This document shows, piece after piece, positions 63,009 to 64,000 of a stretch of DNA of 64,000 nucleotides. The notes under the pieces are model-generated. The model ran no database searches, was not told where the DNA came from, and saw only the letters and a list, made by a program, of their open reading frames with translations. Both the position numbers and the translations under genes were made by a program. Numbering within the stretch: the first letter of the stretch is position 1; each line of letters starts with the position of its first letter. The stretch is from Octopus sinensis (taxonomy: Eukaryota), in NCBI RefSeq assembly GCF_006345805.1, contig NW_021833034.1, positions 24,754 through 88,753 on the forward strand, read 5' to 3'.

Positions 63009-63286
63009 CTGAAAAAGTAATTAATGGTAAACAACTAAGGACATTCCATGGAGAGAAGAGAGATACATTTGTGCAGTTGATATTGTTGTTAAGAAAGGCT
63101 CTACAGAATGGCTGTAGTAAGTTTGAGGTTGTTAAAGTTAGCAAAAGATGTACTCAAGATATCAGATGTGAAGGAAATAAAATGTTTGAGTTTGATTGAG
63201 AAAATGTTTTAATTAACTTTAATGATTCCTCATTTGGAATGAAATAACAATTAATATAAATAAGTTACATGAATCTATTTACTCAC

Positions 63287-63423
63287 AGATGCATTAGAAA
63301 TTGAATCAATCATTAGGTTTATTTCAATGCCATCATATTCTTTGGATGTCTCATTAGTTCTGGGTGTCATAGAGGATGGTTCCTGTTGTGAGCCAGGAAG
63401 GGATGCATTTGACGATGCAGTGT
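63287..63423 (-). CDS. PARP14: Macro-PARP exon A' (module 2)
   Basis: 137 nt, same splice sites as exon A, one substitution (V>A). Confidence 0.8.
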
Positions 63424-64000
63424 CTGGAAATAAACAAAATTCTTTATTTGCTTTGTTTTGTTTCTATTTTTAATCAAACATTCTTCTCTGTATTTAAAGA
63501 ACTACTTTATTCCATATCGGTTGGAAATTTTGGCACAGGGCCATCAATTTCAAGAGGCACCAAAAGTTGATTTTTTTGACTCCAGTTTTCAACTGGTTCT
63601 CATTTTATTGACCCTGAAACGATGCAACTCAGACTGATGAAATGCAGCTAAACATTTCACCCAATTTGCTGATGATTGTACCAGCTCACCACCTCACAAC
63701 AGCAGCAGCAGCAGTAGTAGTAGTAATAATAAGTGCAATGTATACAAACAGCCTGCATGGATGGAAAGATAAACCAGTAAATAATCCCACTAAGAGCAGA
63801 TGTATTTTTTTCTACTTGAAGCAAGCAAAGGGGAAACTAATAAACCCAACCAACTAATAAGAATAATTGCTAAACATGACCTTTACAAGAAAACAAAGGA
63901 TACACAGATTGAAATCCTCAAAATAAAAACTACAATTAAAAACCAAATGACAAAAAATGCTTATCATTCCATAGACAAAACATTCTATTCAAGTAGAACA

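Larger units (their letters stand above)
57620..63682 (+). repeat. Tandem segmental duplication, copy 2
   Basis: Starts at the shared cttgtttcagtcattagactacagcc and ends at gctgatgat(t/c)gtacc. Differences are scattered SNPs and short indels. Confidence 0.95.

Noticed and set aside
25301-63682. The duplication as a pure assembly (haplotig) artefact
   Set aside because: Not favoured, because each copy has its own diverged, phase-correct D exon and different TE insertions. It cannot be fully excluded without reads.

Overview
Eukaryotic (metazoan) intronic DNA, most likely octopus/cephalopod; this is inferred from the repeat landscape, not proven. The single host gene is a macro-PARP (PARP14/15-like) on the minus strand. 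Ten phase-compatible exons can be traced: macrodomain module 2 (63423-61974 plus 39181-39127), macrodomain module 1 (31127-29651 plus 20737-20686), an acidic linker exon (5271-5090) and a KH-like/WWE exon (780-~411). The gene runs off both ends of the window and the catalytic domain is not visible. The two macro modules form an intragenic tandem duplication: a ~6.1 kb block (25301-31387 vs 57620-63682) is almost identical, while the fourth exon is much more diverged. The introns are packed with RTE, Tx1/L1-like, CR1-like and R4/Dong-like LINEs (the last beside (AAT)n arrays), a Gypsy element whose 3' half is inverted, a solo LTR, TGT..ACA MITEs and Helitron relics. Other notable items are two degenerate type I hammerhead-ribozyme motifs (one in a ~326-bp repeat unit, one beside a ~530-bp-arm inverted repeat) and a ladder of nested co-terminal repeat fragments. 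All coordinates and identities were read by eye, and TE boundaries are approximate.
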